DNA from: Candidatus Levyibacteriota bacterium
GTDB taxonomy: Bacteria; Patescibacteriota; Microgenomatia; Levybacterales; UBA12049
Direction: 5' to 3'
NCBI GenBank assembly: GCA_963722305.1
Contig: CAVRKE010000001.1
Location: forward strand, 373,549 to 437,548
DNA: 64,000 nucleotides
Both the position numbers and the translations under genes were made by a program. Positions 1-9,784 of this stretch are shown one piece after another; the first letter of the stretch is position 1; every line of letters begins with the position of its first letter. The notes under the pieces were generated by a model. That model saw only the letters and a list, made by a program, of their open reading frames with translations, was not told where the DNA came from and did no database searches.

Positions 1-70
1 ATTTTTAACGTATTTTGCCCAAAAATTTGGATATCCATGGTAGAAAATATCCTAACACATCTTGATTACC

Positions 71-100
71 TTGACAAGATAACACTTTTTTCGTATTATG
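71..100 (+). promoter_or_regulatory. sigma70-like promoter (TTGACA-N18-TATTAT) upstream of first ORF
   Basis: TTGACA at 71-76 and TATTAT at 95-100, 10 nt before the ATG at 111. Confidence 0.4.
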
Positions 101-110
101 GGTTACACTC

Positions 111-542
111 ATGAAACAGGAAAGAATAGTTTTGTCGTTTATTATGGTCTTGATAGGACTTCTGGTCGCCGGCGCGCTATTTTATTTTTATCAATCAACC
201 AAAAAAGTCTCACCTTCAACCATCGGCATTGTCAACCAAGTTACCCCAACCTCAGCTCCCACTTCTAAACCAACCATTTATTTATCACTGAGTAGTCCGT
301 TAGATGAAGAGGTAGTAACTGATAAAACAATTTCTGTGGGCGGAAAAACCAACCCGGATGCCACCATCATTGTCATTACCGCTTCCGACCAACAGGTTCT
401 ACAGCCCTCAAGCCAGGGCGATTTTTCAACCACAATTACGTTGAACGATGACCAAAATATTATTGAAATCAGGTCGATATTGCCAAGCGGAGAAACAACC
501 ACCGTGCAAAGGACGGTTACCTATTCAACTGAAAATTTTTAA
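111..542 (+). CDS. hypothetical membrane-anchored protein (N-terminal TM helix)
   Basis: ORF with hydrophobic N-terminus LSFIMVLIGLLVAGALFYF; no recognisable domain. Confidence 0.4.
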   Translation: MKQERIVLSFIMVLIGLLVAGALFYFYQSTKKVSPSTIGIVNQVTPTSAPTSKPTIYLSLSSPLDEEVVTDKTISVGGKTNPDATIIVITASDQQVLQPSSQGDFSTTITLNDDQNIIEIRSILPSGETTTVQRTVTYSTENF

Positions 543-545
543 ACT

Positions 546-1292
546 ATGAAAAAATGTAGTATCTATTTGACAATTCTGTTTATAGCCTTAACCTTTGTGG
601 TGAGTGTTAAAGCCGCCACACCGACGCCCACACCCACACCATCCCTCTTGCAGCAAGTTGCTAACGAGATTGCTTCAAAAACCGCCCAGCTTAATCTGGT
701 CGAGAAAAAAGGCATTGTCGGAACCGTCACGGATTCTTCCGGCACTCAGATTACCCTTTCGGACTTAAACGGCAATATCAGGTTTGTGGATGTTGACGAG
801 CTGACAAACTTTTCGTCTCCTTCCTCAAGCTCTTATGGACTGTCCGATGTTACTAAGGGAACCATGCTTGGTGTCTTAGGCCTTTACAATAAACAATCGC
901 GCAGAATTCTGGCCAGAGATATCACTGTAATGAGTTCGTTTCCGACTGTCATTTTTGGGGAAACAACAGATATTGATAAAATTAACTATGAATTAACAAT
1001 TACTAAACAAGACCAACAAAAAGTGGTCATAGAAATTCAGGATATCACCAAAACCTATTCGTTTACAGCCGGAGCGCTGATTAAGTCCGGATTTTCAAAA
1101 ACACAAAATGGGGAGGCTATTGTTGCCATCGGTTTTCCCGACAAACAAGACCCGAATAAAATCTTAGGCACAAGAATAATCCTCTTGTCCGATGTCCAGA
1201 CAAATTTTACTGCAAACGTACTACCGTCGCTTAACCCGACTATTCCCCCGTCAACCGGCTCCGGCAGAAAATTGTACCCGATTACAAAATAG
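546..1292 (+). CDS. hypothetical secreted protein with signal peptide and TPTPTPTP linker
   Basis: N-terminal signal-like sequence MKKCSIYLTILFIALTFVVSVKA followed by Thr-Pro repeats. Confidence 0.45.
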   Translation: MKKCSIYLTILFIALTFVVSVKAATPTPTPTPSLLQQVANEIASKTAQLNLVEKKGIVGTVTDSSGTQITLSDLNGNIRFVDVDELTNFSSPSSSSYGLSDVTKGTMLGVLGLYNKQSRRILARDITVMSSFPTVIFGETTDIDKINYELTITKQDQQKVVIEIQDITKTYSFTAGALIKSGFSKTQNGEAIVAIGFPDKQDPNKILGTRIILLSDVQTNFTANVLPSLNPTIPPSTGSGRKLYPITK

Positions 1293-1297
1293 TTTAT

Positions 1298-2383
1298 ATG
1301 AACCGCCTGCAAAAAGTAAAAACAATGCTGGGAAAAGATTTCGAAGCGATACTGGTTTCCTCCATTCCCAACATCATTTATTTAACCGGCTTTTCCGGCT
1401 TTTCCAAAGAAGAGAGAGAAGCATACCTCCTTTTGACTAAGCAAAAAAACTACGTTTTTACCGATGGAAGATACGCTGAAGCGGCGAAGAAAATTGCCGG
1501 TTTTGAACTGGTGGAAATAGCACAAAATAGGGATTTTGCGCAAGGGCTTAAAGAAATTGTTGCCAAAGAGACAATAAAAATATTAGCGGTTGACGAAGAT
1601 GATCTGAAAGTATCTGAAGTTTTGAAAATAAAAAGGGCAAGCAAAATTTGTTCCGATGAAAGCCTGATTGAGCGGATGCGTGCAGTAAAAGACGAAACTG
1701 AAATTGGAAACATTAAAAAAGCCTGCAGTTTAGGCGATGCAGTTTTTGAATTTATTCTGACTGAACTCAAATTAGGGGTATCGGAAATACAAATCGCCAA
1801 AAAAATCGAAATTTTTATCTTGCAAAATGCGGCAGAAATTTCTTTTAAGCCGATTGTCGCCTTCGGGGCAAACTCCTCTTCGCCACACCACGTCGCATCG
1901 AAGAGAAAATTGCAGCAGAACCAAATCGTACTTTTGGATTTTGGAGTTAAGCTCAACAATTACTGCTCGGACATGACCAGAACGGTTTTCTTTGGCTCTG
2001 CAACCACAGAATTTAAAAAAATTTACCAAACAGTTCTCAAAGCCCAACAGAAAGCAATCGATTTTCTTAAATCATCAATCATGAATAATCAATCAGTCAC
2101 TGGTTTTGAAGTTGATAAAATCGCCAGAGAATATATTCAGGATGAGGGTTACCCCTCCATCCCCCACTCTTTGGGTCATGGCATCGGTCTGGAGGTGCAT
2201 GAAAAACCGTCTCTTTCACCTCGTAGAGTAAAAGATGAGCTAAAAACCGGCACGGTATTTTCGCTTGAACCGGGAATCTATCTTCCAAACTTTGGCGGAG
2301 TAAGGATTGAAGACCTGGTTTTACTGACCGTAAACGGCCCGGAGATAATTACCCATGCAAACCGCAAAATAATTGAGCTATAA
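1298..2383 (+). CDS. pepP: Xaa-Pro aminopeptidase / M24 family metallopeptidase
   Basis: M24 motifs HSLGHGIGLEVHE and VRIEDLVLLT; creatinase-like N-terminal domain. Confidence 0.8.
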   Translation: MNRLQKVKTMLGKDFEAILVSSIPNIIYLTGFSGFSKEEREAYLLLTKQKNYVFTDGRYAEAAKKIAGFELVEIAQNRDFAQGLKEIVAKETIKILAVDEDDLKVSEVLKIKRASKICSDESLIERMRAVKDETEIGNIKKACSLGDAVFEFILTELKLGVSEIQIAKKIEIFILQNAAEISFKPIVAFGANSSSPHHVASKRKLQQNQIVLLDFGVKLNNYCSDMTRTVFFGSATTEFKKIYQTVLKAQQKAIDFLKSSIMNNQSVTGFEVDKIAREYIQDEGYPSIPHSLGHGIGLEVHEKPSLSPRRVKDELKTGTVFSLEPGIYLPNFGGVRIEDLVLLTVNGPEIITHANRKIIEL

Positions 2384-3404
2384 TAAAATTATGCTCGATG
2401 AAATAAAAAAAGAATTCACCCTTTTTAAACTGCTGGTTATCCTTCTGACAGTCGCAGTCTCACTTTATCTGTTGGGAATTTTGTGGCAATTCTTAGGAAA
2501 TTTTTCGGATGTGATTGTCATCCTGCTTATCGCTTGGCTTTTGAGTTTTATTCTTGAACCACTGGTTGACCTTATTTCCAAACTGACCAGACTGGCTAAA
2601 GTTTGGTCGGCTTTAATTGTCTATGCTTTTTTTGCACTGCTTTTTACCACCATTATCTTTTTATTTTTGCCAATCGTAATTGGCGAATTCCAATCTCTTT
2701 CCAAAATTGCGCCGATGTACCTCGCTTCTTTTCCCAAGTTTATTCAAACCTGGAATAGCACCATTACCAACTCCGTTAACGCTTTGATTTCCTTTATTCC
2801 CTCCCTGGCCAATATTTTTATCGACATTATTTTAATCCTGATTTTATCCTTTTATTTAATTGTCGATAAAGAAAAAATCAATACTGAACTCTACAAATTG
2901 GCCCCCAAAGGCTGGCACAGTAACCTTCGGTTTATCCAAGAGACAATTGATGAAACATTTGCCTCTTTTCTACGAATTCAGTTAATCTTTGGTGTCATTG
3001 CCGGAATTTTCACCTGGATAGTTTTACGGATTTTTTCAATTGATTTTGCCGCCTCAATAGCCCTTTTGGCGGGAATTTTGACCATTATTCCGATTGTCGG
3101 TCCGATTTTGGCGGTTATTCCACCGGCTTTTGTTGCCTTAGTAACTCATCCGGAAAATCCCGCTTTGGCAATAGTGCTTTTGGCACTTCTCTATTTAATC
3201 CACCAAATAACCTACAACGTTATCGGACCAAAACTGATGGAAAGAGCTTTTAAGCTGCACCCGATTATTGTTTTCTTGTCGATTATCATCGGCTTTAAAG
3301 TTGCCGGGCCCTTAGGCGCGGTGTTTGTGGTGCCGGTTTTGGGCATTTGCGTGATAGTAATTAAAAAGCTCGGCTACCACTTTATCAACCCCGAAAGCTC
3401 TTAA
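2373..3404 (+). CDS. AI-2E family transporter (PerM/UPF0118 permease)
   Basis: Multi-TM protein with conserved ILTIIPIVGPILAVIPPAFVAL segment typical of AI-2E family. Confidence 0.7.
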   Translation: MSYNKIMLDEIKKEFTLFKLLVILLTVAVSLYLLGILWQFLGNFSDVIVILLIAWLLSFILEPLVDLISKLTRLAKVWSALIVYAFFALLFTTIIFLFLPIVIGEFQSLSKIAPMYLASFPKFIQTWNSTITNSVNALISFIPSLANIFIDIILILILSFYLIVDKEKINTELYKLAPKGWHSNLRFIQETIDETFASFLRIQLIFGVIAGIFTWIVLRIFSIDFAASIALLAGILTIIPIVGPILAVIPPAFVALVTHPENPALAIVLLALLYLIHQITYNVIGPKLMERAFKLHPIIVFLSIIIGFKVAGPLGAVFVVPVLGICVIVIKKLGYHFINPESS

Positions 3405-3481
3405 TTTGAGCTGAAACTTCGATTCATGATACAATCGGAGTATGGCAATACGACGTCCCGAGCGTATCGAGGGATAATTAT

Positions 3482-4678
3482 ATGATTGAGCCAAGAACAT
3501 TAAAGGGTTTTCGTGATTTCTTACCGAAAGAAGCGAAAAAGAGACAATATGTTTTAGAAATCCTGAAAAAGGTATTTGAGTCCTATGGTTTTGAGCCACT
3601 GGAAACTCCCGCTTTGGAATACGAAGAAATTCTGACGGGAAAATATGGTGATGAAGGCGACAAGTTAATGTACCGTTTTACCGATAACGGCAAGCGGAAA
3701 GTGGCCATGCGCTACGACCAGACTGTTCCTCTGGCCAGAGTTGTTGCCCAATATCAAAACGAATTACCAATACCTTTCAAACGCTACCAAATGCAAAATG
3801 TCTGGCGCGCCGAAAACACCCAAAAAGGCAGATATAGGGAATTTTTGCAAGTCGACGCCGACATCGTCGGCACCTACTCTCTTCTTTCCGACGCGGAAAT
3901 AATTTCTGCTGCCATTACGTCTTTAGAAAAGTTGGGATTTAAAAAATTTAAAATTTTGATCAATGACCGGTCTGTTCTAAATATTTTCGTTGCAGAAGAA
4001 GTAAGGGCTATTGATAAAATTACCAAAATTGGAATCGACAATGTTGTAAACGAAATAGCCGAAAATGGACCGGAAAAAGATAAACAGAAAATAAGAGAAA
4101 AAATAGACAATTTAAATAAGATGAAGCCGCCGGCAAGGGTCAATGACATTATTGAATACCTTAAGAAAACCGCTACAGAGAGTTCAAAAATTGAGTTCTC
4201 TCCGACTTTGGCTCGCGGTTTAGATTATTATACCGGCATTATTTTTGAAGTTGAAGTTGAGGGCTACGACGCGGGTTCGGTGGCCGGCGGTGGAAGATAC
4301 GACAATTTAATCGGTATGTTTACAAACAAGGATATTCCCGCGGTTGGTTTTTCTTTCGGTTTTGATAGACTGATTGAGGCAATGGAAGAATTGAATTTAT
4401 TCCCGAATGATATTTACACTACTAAAGCTTTAGTCGCTTTTGCCAATTCCGACTTGCAAGAAAAGGCTTTAAAAATTACTGATCAATTGCGTAATAAAGA
4501 AATTAACTGCGAAGTTTATCCCGAAGATACAACTTTGGAAAAGCAGTTAAAGTATGCCGATAAAAAACAAATCCCCTTTGTGATAATTGTCGAACAAAAC
4601 AAGTTGATTTTGAAGAATATGCTTGAGAGAACACAGGAAGAATTAACTTTAGAAAAAATCCTCAAGAAACTACAGTAA
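3482..4678 (+). CDS. hisS: histidyl-tRNA synthetase
   Basis: Class II aaRS HisS motifs (LKGFRDFLP, GGGRYDNLIGMF, C-terminal anticodon-binding domain). Confidence 0.85.
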   Translation: MIEPRTLKGFRDFLPKEAKKRQYVLEILKKVFESYGFEPLETPALEYEEILTGKYGDEGDKLMYRFTDNGKRKVAMRYDQTVPLARVVAQYQNELPIPFKRYQMQNVWRAENTQKGRYREFLQVDADIVGTYSLLSDAEIISAAITSLEKLGFKKFKILINDRSVLNIFVAEEVRAIDKITKIGIDNVVNEIAENGPEKDKQKIREKIDNLNKMKPPARVNDIIEYLKKTATESSKIEFSPTLARGLDYYTGIIFEVEVEGYDAGSVAGGGRYDNLIGMFTNKDIPAVGFSFGFDRLIEAMEELNLFPNDIYTTKALVAFANSDLQEKALKITDQLRNKEINCEVYPEDTTLEKQLKYADKKQIPFVIIVEQNKLILKNMLERTQEELTLEKILKKLQ

Positions 4679-4692
4679 TTTGAATAACAGAC

Positions 4693-5070
4693 CTATTTAC
4701 TTCTTGGGTTTTTCTTTTCAAGTACTGCTCTATTTCCGCGTGTAGTAAGAATTTCAACTTGCGCCTCTCCGCTATCATCTATTAATCTGGCTGTAGAAAC
4801 ATCATCAATACTCATATTAAATTCGCTAAGTTTATCGACAATCCACAATCCCCGTCTCTCTCTAGCGATTTTTACTGAACTATCAAGCAATTTCAAATAT
4901 TCTCTAAAACTTGGTAAAGCTTCGAGGTTTATTGACGGATTGATGGCATTAGTAATTTTTTCTCGCTGTTTAAAAACTCTTCGAAGTTCGCTTCCAGTAA
5001 AAGAACCATTTAAATAAACCAGTCTTTCTGAAGGTACTTGAAACGTTATAAATTTTATCTCTACCGGCAT
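4693..5070 (-). CDS. hypothetical protein, possibly a thermonuclease (SNase)-like C-terminal fragment
   Basis: Weak resemblance of ARERRGLW to SNase C-terminal RGLW motif; overlapping ORF 4970..5200 in another frame. Confidence 0.25.
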   Translation of the reverse strand: MPVEIKFITFQVPSERLVYLNGSFTGSELRRVFKQREKITNAINPSINLEALPSFREYLKLLDSSVKIARERRGLWIVDKLSEFNMSIDDVSTARLIDDSGEAQVEILTTRGNRAVLEKKNPRSK

Positions 5071-5126
5071 ATCCGAAGACTATATCAAAATACATCAGTA
5101 AAAGCAAGTTTTTGGCCAAGAGGAAA

Positions 5127-6368
5127 TCAGACGCCGAGACTGGTTTTATGTTCGTGGATGATGGAACGTGAGGAAACAATAATAATAAATGCCAACACAA
5201 TTAAAATAGCACCTACGGCATAAGGTAATCCCCGCCAAACCGCGTAAAAAACCGCTGCCATTAATGGTCCAATAACCCGGGTTAATGACTGTGTCCCCTG
5301 GTTGGCACCCTGCACTCTTCCCTGCATTGTCCTGTCCACCGAATTGGCAATTAGCGATGCGCTTGACGGCTCAAACAATCCGTCACCGGTAATTAAAATC
5401 GTCATCCCAATAACCAGGATTGGCACCGAAGGAAAAACCGCCATCAGACAATATATCATTAAACCTAAAAACATGAGTATTAAGCCGAATTCTGAAACCC
5501 TAACGTCACTGAACATTGTGAGAAGTTTTCTGACAATAAATCCCTGTGAAACGATATCCATCACCCCAACATAAAAAAGCGCAATTCCAATTTGTTCCGG
5601 CTGCCACTTAAACACGTCTTTATAAAATACGCTTTGGATGGATTGCATCATCATTAGTCCCAAGAAAAACAGGAAAACAAAAATAAAAATCCTTCTCAAA
5701 GCCTGAATATTAAAGATATGGTTAAACTGCGAAAACGGGTTTAAATGTTGAAGATTGATATGGGAAGTCCGGTGGTCTGAGTGTAAACTCTCCGGCAAAA
5801 CGAAATAGCCCCAGATGACATTAACAAAGGTTATCCCTGCCGCCAGATATAAAGGTGCGACCAAATTAAAATGCGCGGCCAGTCCGCCGATGGCCGGCCC
5901 GACCATAAAACCAAATCCCCCGGCCGCTCCCAAAAGTCCGTAATATCTTCCCCTGTTTTTAGGCTCGGTGATATCTGCCACATAAGCATAAACCGTGGAA
6001 ATATTTCCGCCGGTTAATCCGTCAATAATTCTTCCCAAAAATAAAATCCACAACGCGCCGCCCACCGCCATAATCAAATACCCAACAATTGAACCAATTA
6101 AGCTAATAAGGAGAATCGGGCGTCTGCCAAAGCGGTCCGACCATGTTCCCAGAACCGGCGCGGCAAAAAACTGGCATAGGGCGTAAGCGGACATTATAAA
6201 ACCGACATTTAAAGCAATCGCTGCTTCCTGGTGAACAAACTTTGCAACTAAAAATGGCAAAATCGGAATGATGATGCTAAAGCCCAAGAAGTTCAAAAAA
6301 ATTGTGACAATAATAAATGTCAACCGCTCATTTTCCAAGGAAAATATTCTGGTTAGAAAATTGCCCAT
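5127..6368 (-). CDS. MFS transporter (DHA1/TetA-like efflux family)
   Basis: 12 predicted TM helices; MFS motif A GTWSDRFGRRPILLISL and TetA-like GRIIDGLTGGN. Confidence 0.8.
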   Translation of the reverse strand: MGNFLTRIFSLENERLTFIIVTIFLNFLGFSIIIPILPFLVAKFVHQEAAIALNVGFIMSAYALCQFFAAPVLGTWSDRFGRRPILLISLIGSIVGYLIMAVGGALWILFLGRIIDGLTGGNISTVYAYVADITEPKNRGRYYGLLGAAGGFGFMVGPAIGGLAAHFNLVAPLYLAAGITFVNVIWGYFVLPESLHSDHRTSHINLQHLNPFSQFNHIFNIQALRRIFIFVFLFFLGLMMMQSIQSVFYKDVFKWQPEQIGIALFYVGVMDIVSQGFIVRKLLTMFSDVRVSEFGLILMFLGLMIYCLMAVFPSVPILVIGMTILITGDGLFEPSSASLIANSVDRTMQGRVQGANQGTQSLTRVIGPLMAAVFYAVWRGLPYAVGAILIVLAFIIIVSSRSIIHEHKTSLGV

Positions 6369-6407
6369 TTGACAATGATACCAGAATCTGCAAAATGCCT
6401 CAATGGT

Positions 6408-6902
6408 CTATAAGGCCTTTTCTAAAACCAGGGAGTTATAACAGGTTTTATTCAGTCTGTGCTGGTTTGTATTTCTTCGAACTTCCACATATCCCAAACT
6501 TTTATACAGATGTAGTGCGGCGTCTTGTCCAAGGGCAACTTCAACGCCGGCGGTTTTGGTGCCATTTTTCCTGGCCTCTTTTTCGATTGCCAACATCAGC
6601 TGCTTGCCAATCCCCTGCCCGCGGTAATCCTTGTCGACAAACACCGACCAGATTTCGCCTTTTTCTTTTTGATTATCCTGCCAATAAACACCGATAATTC
6701 CCACAATTTTATCACCTGTTTTTGCCACCAGAATTAGCGAATTTTCTGCCACGGCTCTACTTTTCCACTCTACGTCTTTCCACGCTACTTCCCGCTCGTA
6801 AGTAGAACTAAAAGCCTTCGGCTCATCCTGCAAAGCTTTGAGCCTAATTGTTCGATAATCCTGCCAGTTATGAGCACCAATTTTCTCGATGACTAACTCC
6901 AT
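6408..6902 (-). CDS. GNAT family N-acetyltransferase
   Basis: Acetyl-CoA binding motif RGQGIGKQLMLAIEKEARKNG. Confidence 0.8.
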   Translation of the reverse strand: MELVIEKIGAHNWQDYRTIRLKALQDEPKAFSSTYEREVAWKDVEWKSRAVAENSLILVAKTGDKIVGIIGVYWQDNQKEKGEIWSVFVDKDYRGQGIGKQLMLAIEKEARKNGTKTAGVEVALGQDAALHLYKSLGYVEVRRNTNQHRLNKTCYNSLVLEKAL

Positions 6903-6928
6903 GAAGTAATTATAGCACCCGGGAAATA

Positions 6929-6957
6929 GTTGACAAAAAGCCTATAGTTAGATATAC
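6929..6957 (+). promoter_or_regulatory. sigma70-like promoter TTGACA-N17-TATACT upstream of 6966 ORF
   Basis: Consensus -35 at 6929-6934 and -10 at 6952-6957. Confidence 0.4.
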
Positions 6958-6965
6958 TCTCCTCT

Positions 6966-7499
6966 ATGGAAAAACTGCACTTGCCTAACCTGCATCCCTT
7001 GAATGCCGTTAAAAACCGGTGCTTTGAAATGAGGGCATATCATCAATGGCAATTAATTGAAAGAGAAGTAAAAGCCCGGAGAAGACGCGCTATTCAATTA
7101 CGCGGAGATCGGATGGAAAACGGTTTATATAATGTTGAACAGGAACTGGTAATTCCAGATAGTGGCTACAAAGGAGAGTCACCGTTAGCATCAATATTGG
7201 TAACCATCACTCCCGATGAAACCTATAGCTCGCCAACCTGGCGTACCTGGCGCGCAGAAGCGCACTTATTAACCACCGAAGAAGAAAAACCCATGGCGGA
7301 TACTTCCCAACCAACCATTGGAAGCATGGTATGTGCTGATTCTGAGATGACTTTAGCAGAAGCCAAGGGACGGGCAGATTTATGGGTCAGGGACAGCTAT
7401 TGGTGGGTCCCCGAAAGTGTAGATTTTCCGCTTCCAGAAGGCACACAAGCCGCTGCTGTAATTAAATATTTAGTCCGCCGGCCGCCGGCTAGACTCTAA
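6966..7499 (+). CDS. hypothetical protein (higher GC than surroundings)
   Basis: 177-aa ORF with own promoter; no recognisable domain. Confidence 0.35.
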   Translation: MEKLHLPNLHPLNAVKNRCFEMRAYHQWQLIEREVKARRRRAIQLRGDRMENGLYNVEQELVIPDSGYKGESPLASILVTITPDETYSSPTWRTWRAEAHLLTTEEEKPMADTSQPTIGSMVCADSEMTLAEAKGRADLWVRDSYWWVPESVDFPLPEGTQAAAVIKYLVRRPPARL

Positions 7500-7523
7500 A
7501 TTTGGAAGGAACCCCGGAGCTAA

Positions 7524-7781
7524 TTATTGAGCCCGCGAAGCGTTTTGAAAAATTGTGCTGTATAAAAGTGCATCTTCGGCACTCTTTTCCGTTTTAATTC
7601 TTTCCATAGTTTGAAGAAATTTTAAAAGGTATGGCTTAATTTGTTGTTTGTCTAGTTCTTCCCTTCTCTTTAACGCTTCTTCAAAAAACCTGTCTGCCAT
7701 ACGGGTTGAACCACGAAAATAACCAAGGGCTACTCTTTTTAAGTCCAAAGACAGGGCACCTAAAATCTGTTTATTTCTCAT
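7524..7781 (-). CDS. hypothetical small helical protein (downstream partner of the 4-nt-overlapping pair)
   Basis: 85-aa ORF translationally coupled to the 7778..8122 ORF; possibly TA-like but no motif recognised. Confidence 0.3.
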   Translation of the reverse strand: MRNKQILGALSLDLKRVALGYFRGSTRMADRFFEEALKRREELDKQQIKPYLLKFLQTMERIKTEKSAEDALLYSTIFQNASRAQ

Positions 7782-8122
7782 ATGACCTCACTAAAAAAAT
7801 ATTTTGTCAAATCCTCAAACTGTTTTCTTAAGTTTGGGTCTTGAATTTCATTGCTTGTATTTTTATCCGCCGGCCGGACATTGATAAACGAATTGCAATC
7901 AATAATGTTAGTTTCCAAGTCTATTCCCCCACCCCAAAGATCTGATTGTATTGATCCTTCCTTAAGTAAAATCTCTTCCGACTCAAAATGTCTGTCTGCA
8001 CCAGCCGAGCAGATTTTGTTTTTAATATCTATCACGGTTTTAATATAAACAGCAAAACGTTCTTTTAATTTTGCTATTTCTTTTTTTGAAAATGGTTCGG
8101 ACTTGGTAAGTATCATTAGCAA
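7778..8122 (-). CDS. hypothetical protein (upstream partner of a 4-nt-overlapping two-gene unit)
   Basis: 114-aa ORF whose stop overlaps the start of the 7524..7781 ORF (ATGA). Confidence 0.35.
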   Translation of the reverse strand: MLMILTKSEPFSKKEIAKLKERFAVYIKTVIDIKNKICSAGADRHFESEEILLKEGSIQSDLWGGGIDLETNIIDCNSFINVRPADKNTSNEIQDPNLRKQFEDLTKYFFSEVI

Positions 8123-8202
8123 TAATTATATCACGAAAAAATTGAGCACGAAGAAACCCGGAGTTGATTGTAACACGGGGGAATCATATAGTGGCTCGAT
8201 TT

Positions 8203-8454
8203 TTATCCGCTGGTTATTACTTGCTTTAGATATCGTGCATCAGCCGCTGGTTGAAATCCTTTTCTAAGGGCTGCAAGATTGCGCGTTGTCGAAGCTTTTA
8301 TTCGATCGTCTGCAGACGTTGTTGTATGTGTCAAAATCCTTACAAGCTGATCCGCTGTTTGTTCTGCAATATTTAATCTTGCCGGAGCTTGTCCAGGGAT
8401 TGCTCCCGTAACGTCAGCCGGTAATGGTGCTTCTGCTCCTGGTTGTCTTGGCAT
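8203..8454 (-). CDS. doubtful ORF in a GC-rich patch (hypothetical)
   Basis: 83-aa ORF with Ala/Pro-rich low-complexity N-terminus; may be non-coding. Confidence 0.15.
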   Translation of the reverse strand: MPRQPGAEAPLPADVTGAIPGQAPARLNIAEQTADQLVRILTHTTTSADDRIKASTTRNLAALRKGFQPAADARYLKQVITSG

Positions 8455-8538
8455 AAGCCGATAATATAACTTAAACTCTTATTTGTCAATGGTATAAAGC
8501 CTTGTATTAGATACGATTTTAGGGTATAATTAATTGTC

Positions 8539-8833
8539 ATGAAAGCAGCGGGACACCCACAATATTTTGACCAGGCGACTAGTAATTTGCGCCTGCGGAA
8601 ACACTTTTAAAACCGGCTCAACGCAGGAAGTAATTCATGTGGAACTATGTGCAAAATGCCATCCATTCTACACCGGCGAACAAAGATTTGTTGACGCGGG
8701 TTCCAGAATCCAGAAATTCCAAGCTAAACAAACTGCTGCTGCTTTGCATGTCACCAAGAAAAAAGCCAAAGAGAAGCAAAAAGAAGACAGTGCCCCAAAG
8801 ACTCTCCGCGAAATGTTAATGGAAGTCCAGTAA
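8539..8833 (+). CDS. rpmE: 50S ribosomal protein L31, reading frame interrupted by an apparent 1-nt insertion near 8581
   Basis: Frame 1 from ATG 8539 encodes [14 protein letters not shown] (L31 N-terminal MKxxIHP motif) and stops at 8608. Frame 2 from 8567 encodes [13 protein letters not shown]...[14 protein letters not shown] (L31 zinc-ribbon motifs). Confidence 0.8.
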
Positions 8834-8877
8834 TTCTCCCCTATGGAAGATTATCGACAAATTCAAATTGACGGAAA

Positions 8878-9746
8878 TTGGATACAAAAATTGAAGAAAC
8901 AAAACCTCTTCTTGACGACCCCGAACTGGCCGAATGGCCAAAGCCGAAATCGAAAGTTTAGAACAGCAAAAACAGGAAATCTTAAGAACCTACGAAGGCC
9001 AAAAAAATGTCGAAGGTGATAATGAGACTTTAGGAGAAAGAAACGTCATTGTCGAAGCGTCAGGCGCTGCCGGTGGGGATGAAGCGAGCAACTGGGGAAA
9101 GGAATTATTGAGGATGTATTCCCGCTTTGCGCAAATGAAAGGTTTTAAAGTCGAGAATTTAGACGAGGACGTCATTAAAATTGAAGGCAGAGGTGCTTTT
9201 GAATTATTTAAATATGAAGCAGGCGTCCACCGGGTACAAAGGATTCCCACAACTGAAAAAAGAGGCCGGGTGCATACTTCTACCGCCACTGTTTCGGTTT
9301 TGCCGGAACTGGAAGACATTGATTTACACATTAACCCCGAAGATATCGAATTTGAAGCGCACCGCACTGGTGGACACGGCGGGCAGAATGTGAATAAAGT
9401 TTCCACAGCCGTGAGGCTTAAACATATCCCAACCGGCATTGTTGTTAATTGCCAAACCCAGCGCTTTCAGGCGCAAAACCGCGAACTGGCCATGGAAATG
9501 CTTAGGGCTAAACTGTGGGAAATGGAAGTGGAAAAACAGCATGGCGAAATCGCCGGATTAAAGGCCACTCAAGTCGGACGCGGCATGCGGGCGGAAAAAA
9601 TCAGGACTTATAACTTCCCTCAAGACAGGCTGACCGACCATCGGGTCGATAAATCCTGGAGAAATTTGCCCAGCCTTATGGACGGGAATCTGGACGACGT
9701 GGTCAACGAAATGAAAACTCTGGAAACCCCAACTTCTGCGGCTTGA
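8878..9746 (+). CDS. prfA: peptide chain release factor 1; N-terminal ~19 codons lie in a different frame from the main ORF (8934..9746)
   Basis: RF1 PxT-type motif [14 protein letters not shown] and GGQ motif [14 protein letters not shown]. The frame upstream of 8934 encodes [20 protein letters not shown], matching the RF1 N-terminal L..IE....LL.DPE motif. Confidence 0.8.
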
Positions 9747-9784
9747 CACATCCTATAATAATCTCGTATAATTAATCCTTCACT

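Noticed and set aside
278-2288. Short ORFs in the six-frame track lying inside or antisense to confidently assigned genes. Examples: 278..502, 563..745, 1055..1312, 1192..1440, 1450..1959, 1772..2047, 2097..2288, and many similar ones throughout the window.
   Set aside because: They overlap strongly supported genes on the opposite strand or another frame. They have low-complexity or Arg/Ser/Pro-rich translations typical of antisense artefacts, and no motif support.
4970-5200. 76-aa minus-strand ORF overlapping the 3' end of the MFS transporter gene
   Set aside because: It overlaps the MFS C-terminus and the following ORF. It looks like a frame artefact, although it could be the N-terminal remnant of a disrupted SNase-like gene (noted under feature 4693..5070).
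8203-8454. Possible structured RNA (tmRNA, RNase P or SRP RNA) in the GC-rich patch upstream of rpmE
   Set aside because: No tmRNA tag-reading-frame motif, no RNase P conserved regions and no SRP domain IV motif (GGAAGCAGCCA-like) were recognisable. I left it as a doubtful ORF or non-coding DNA.
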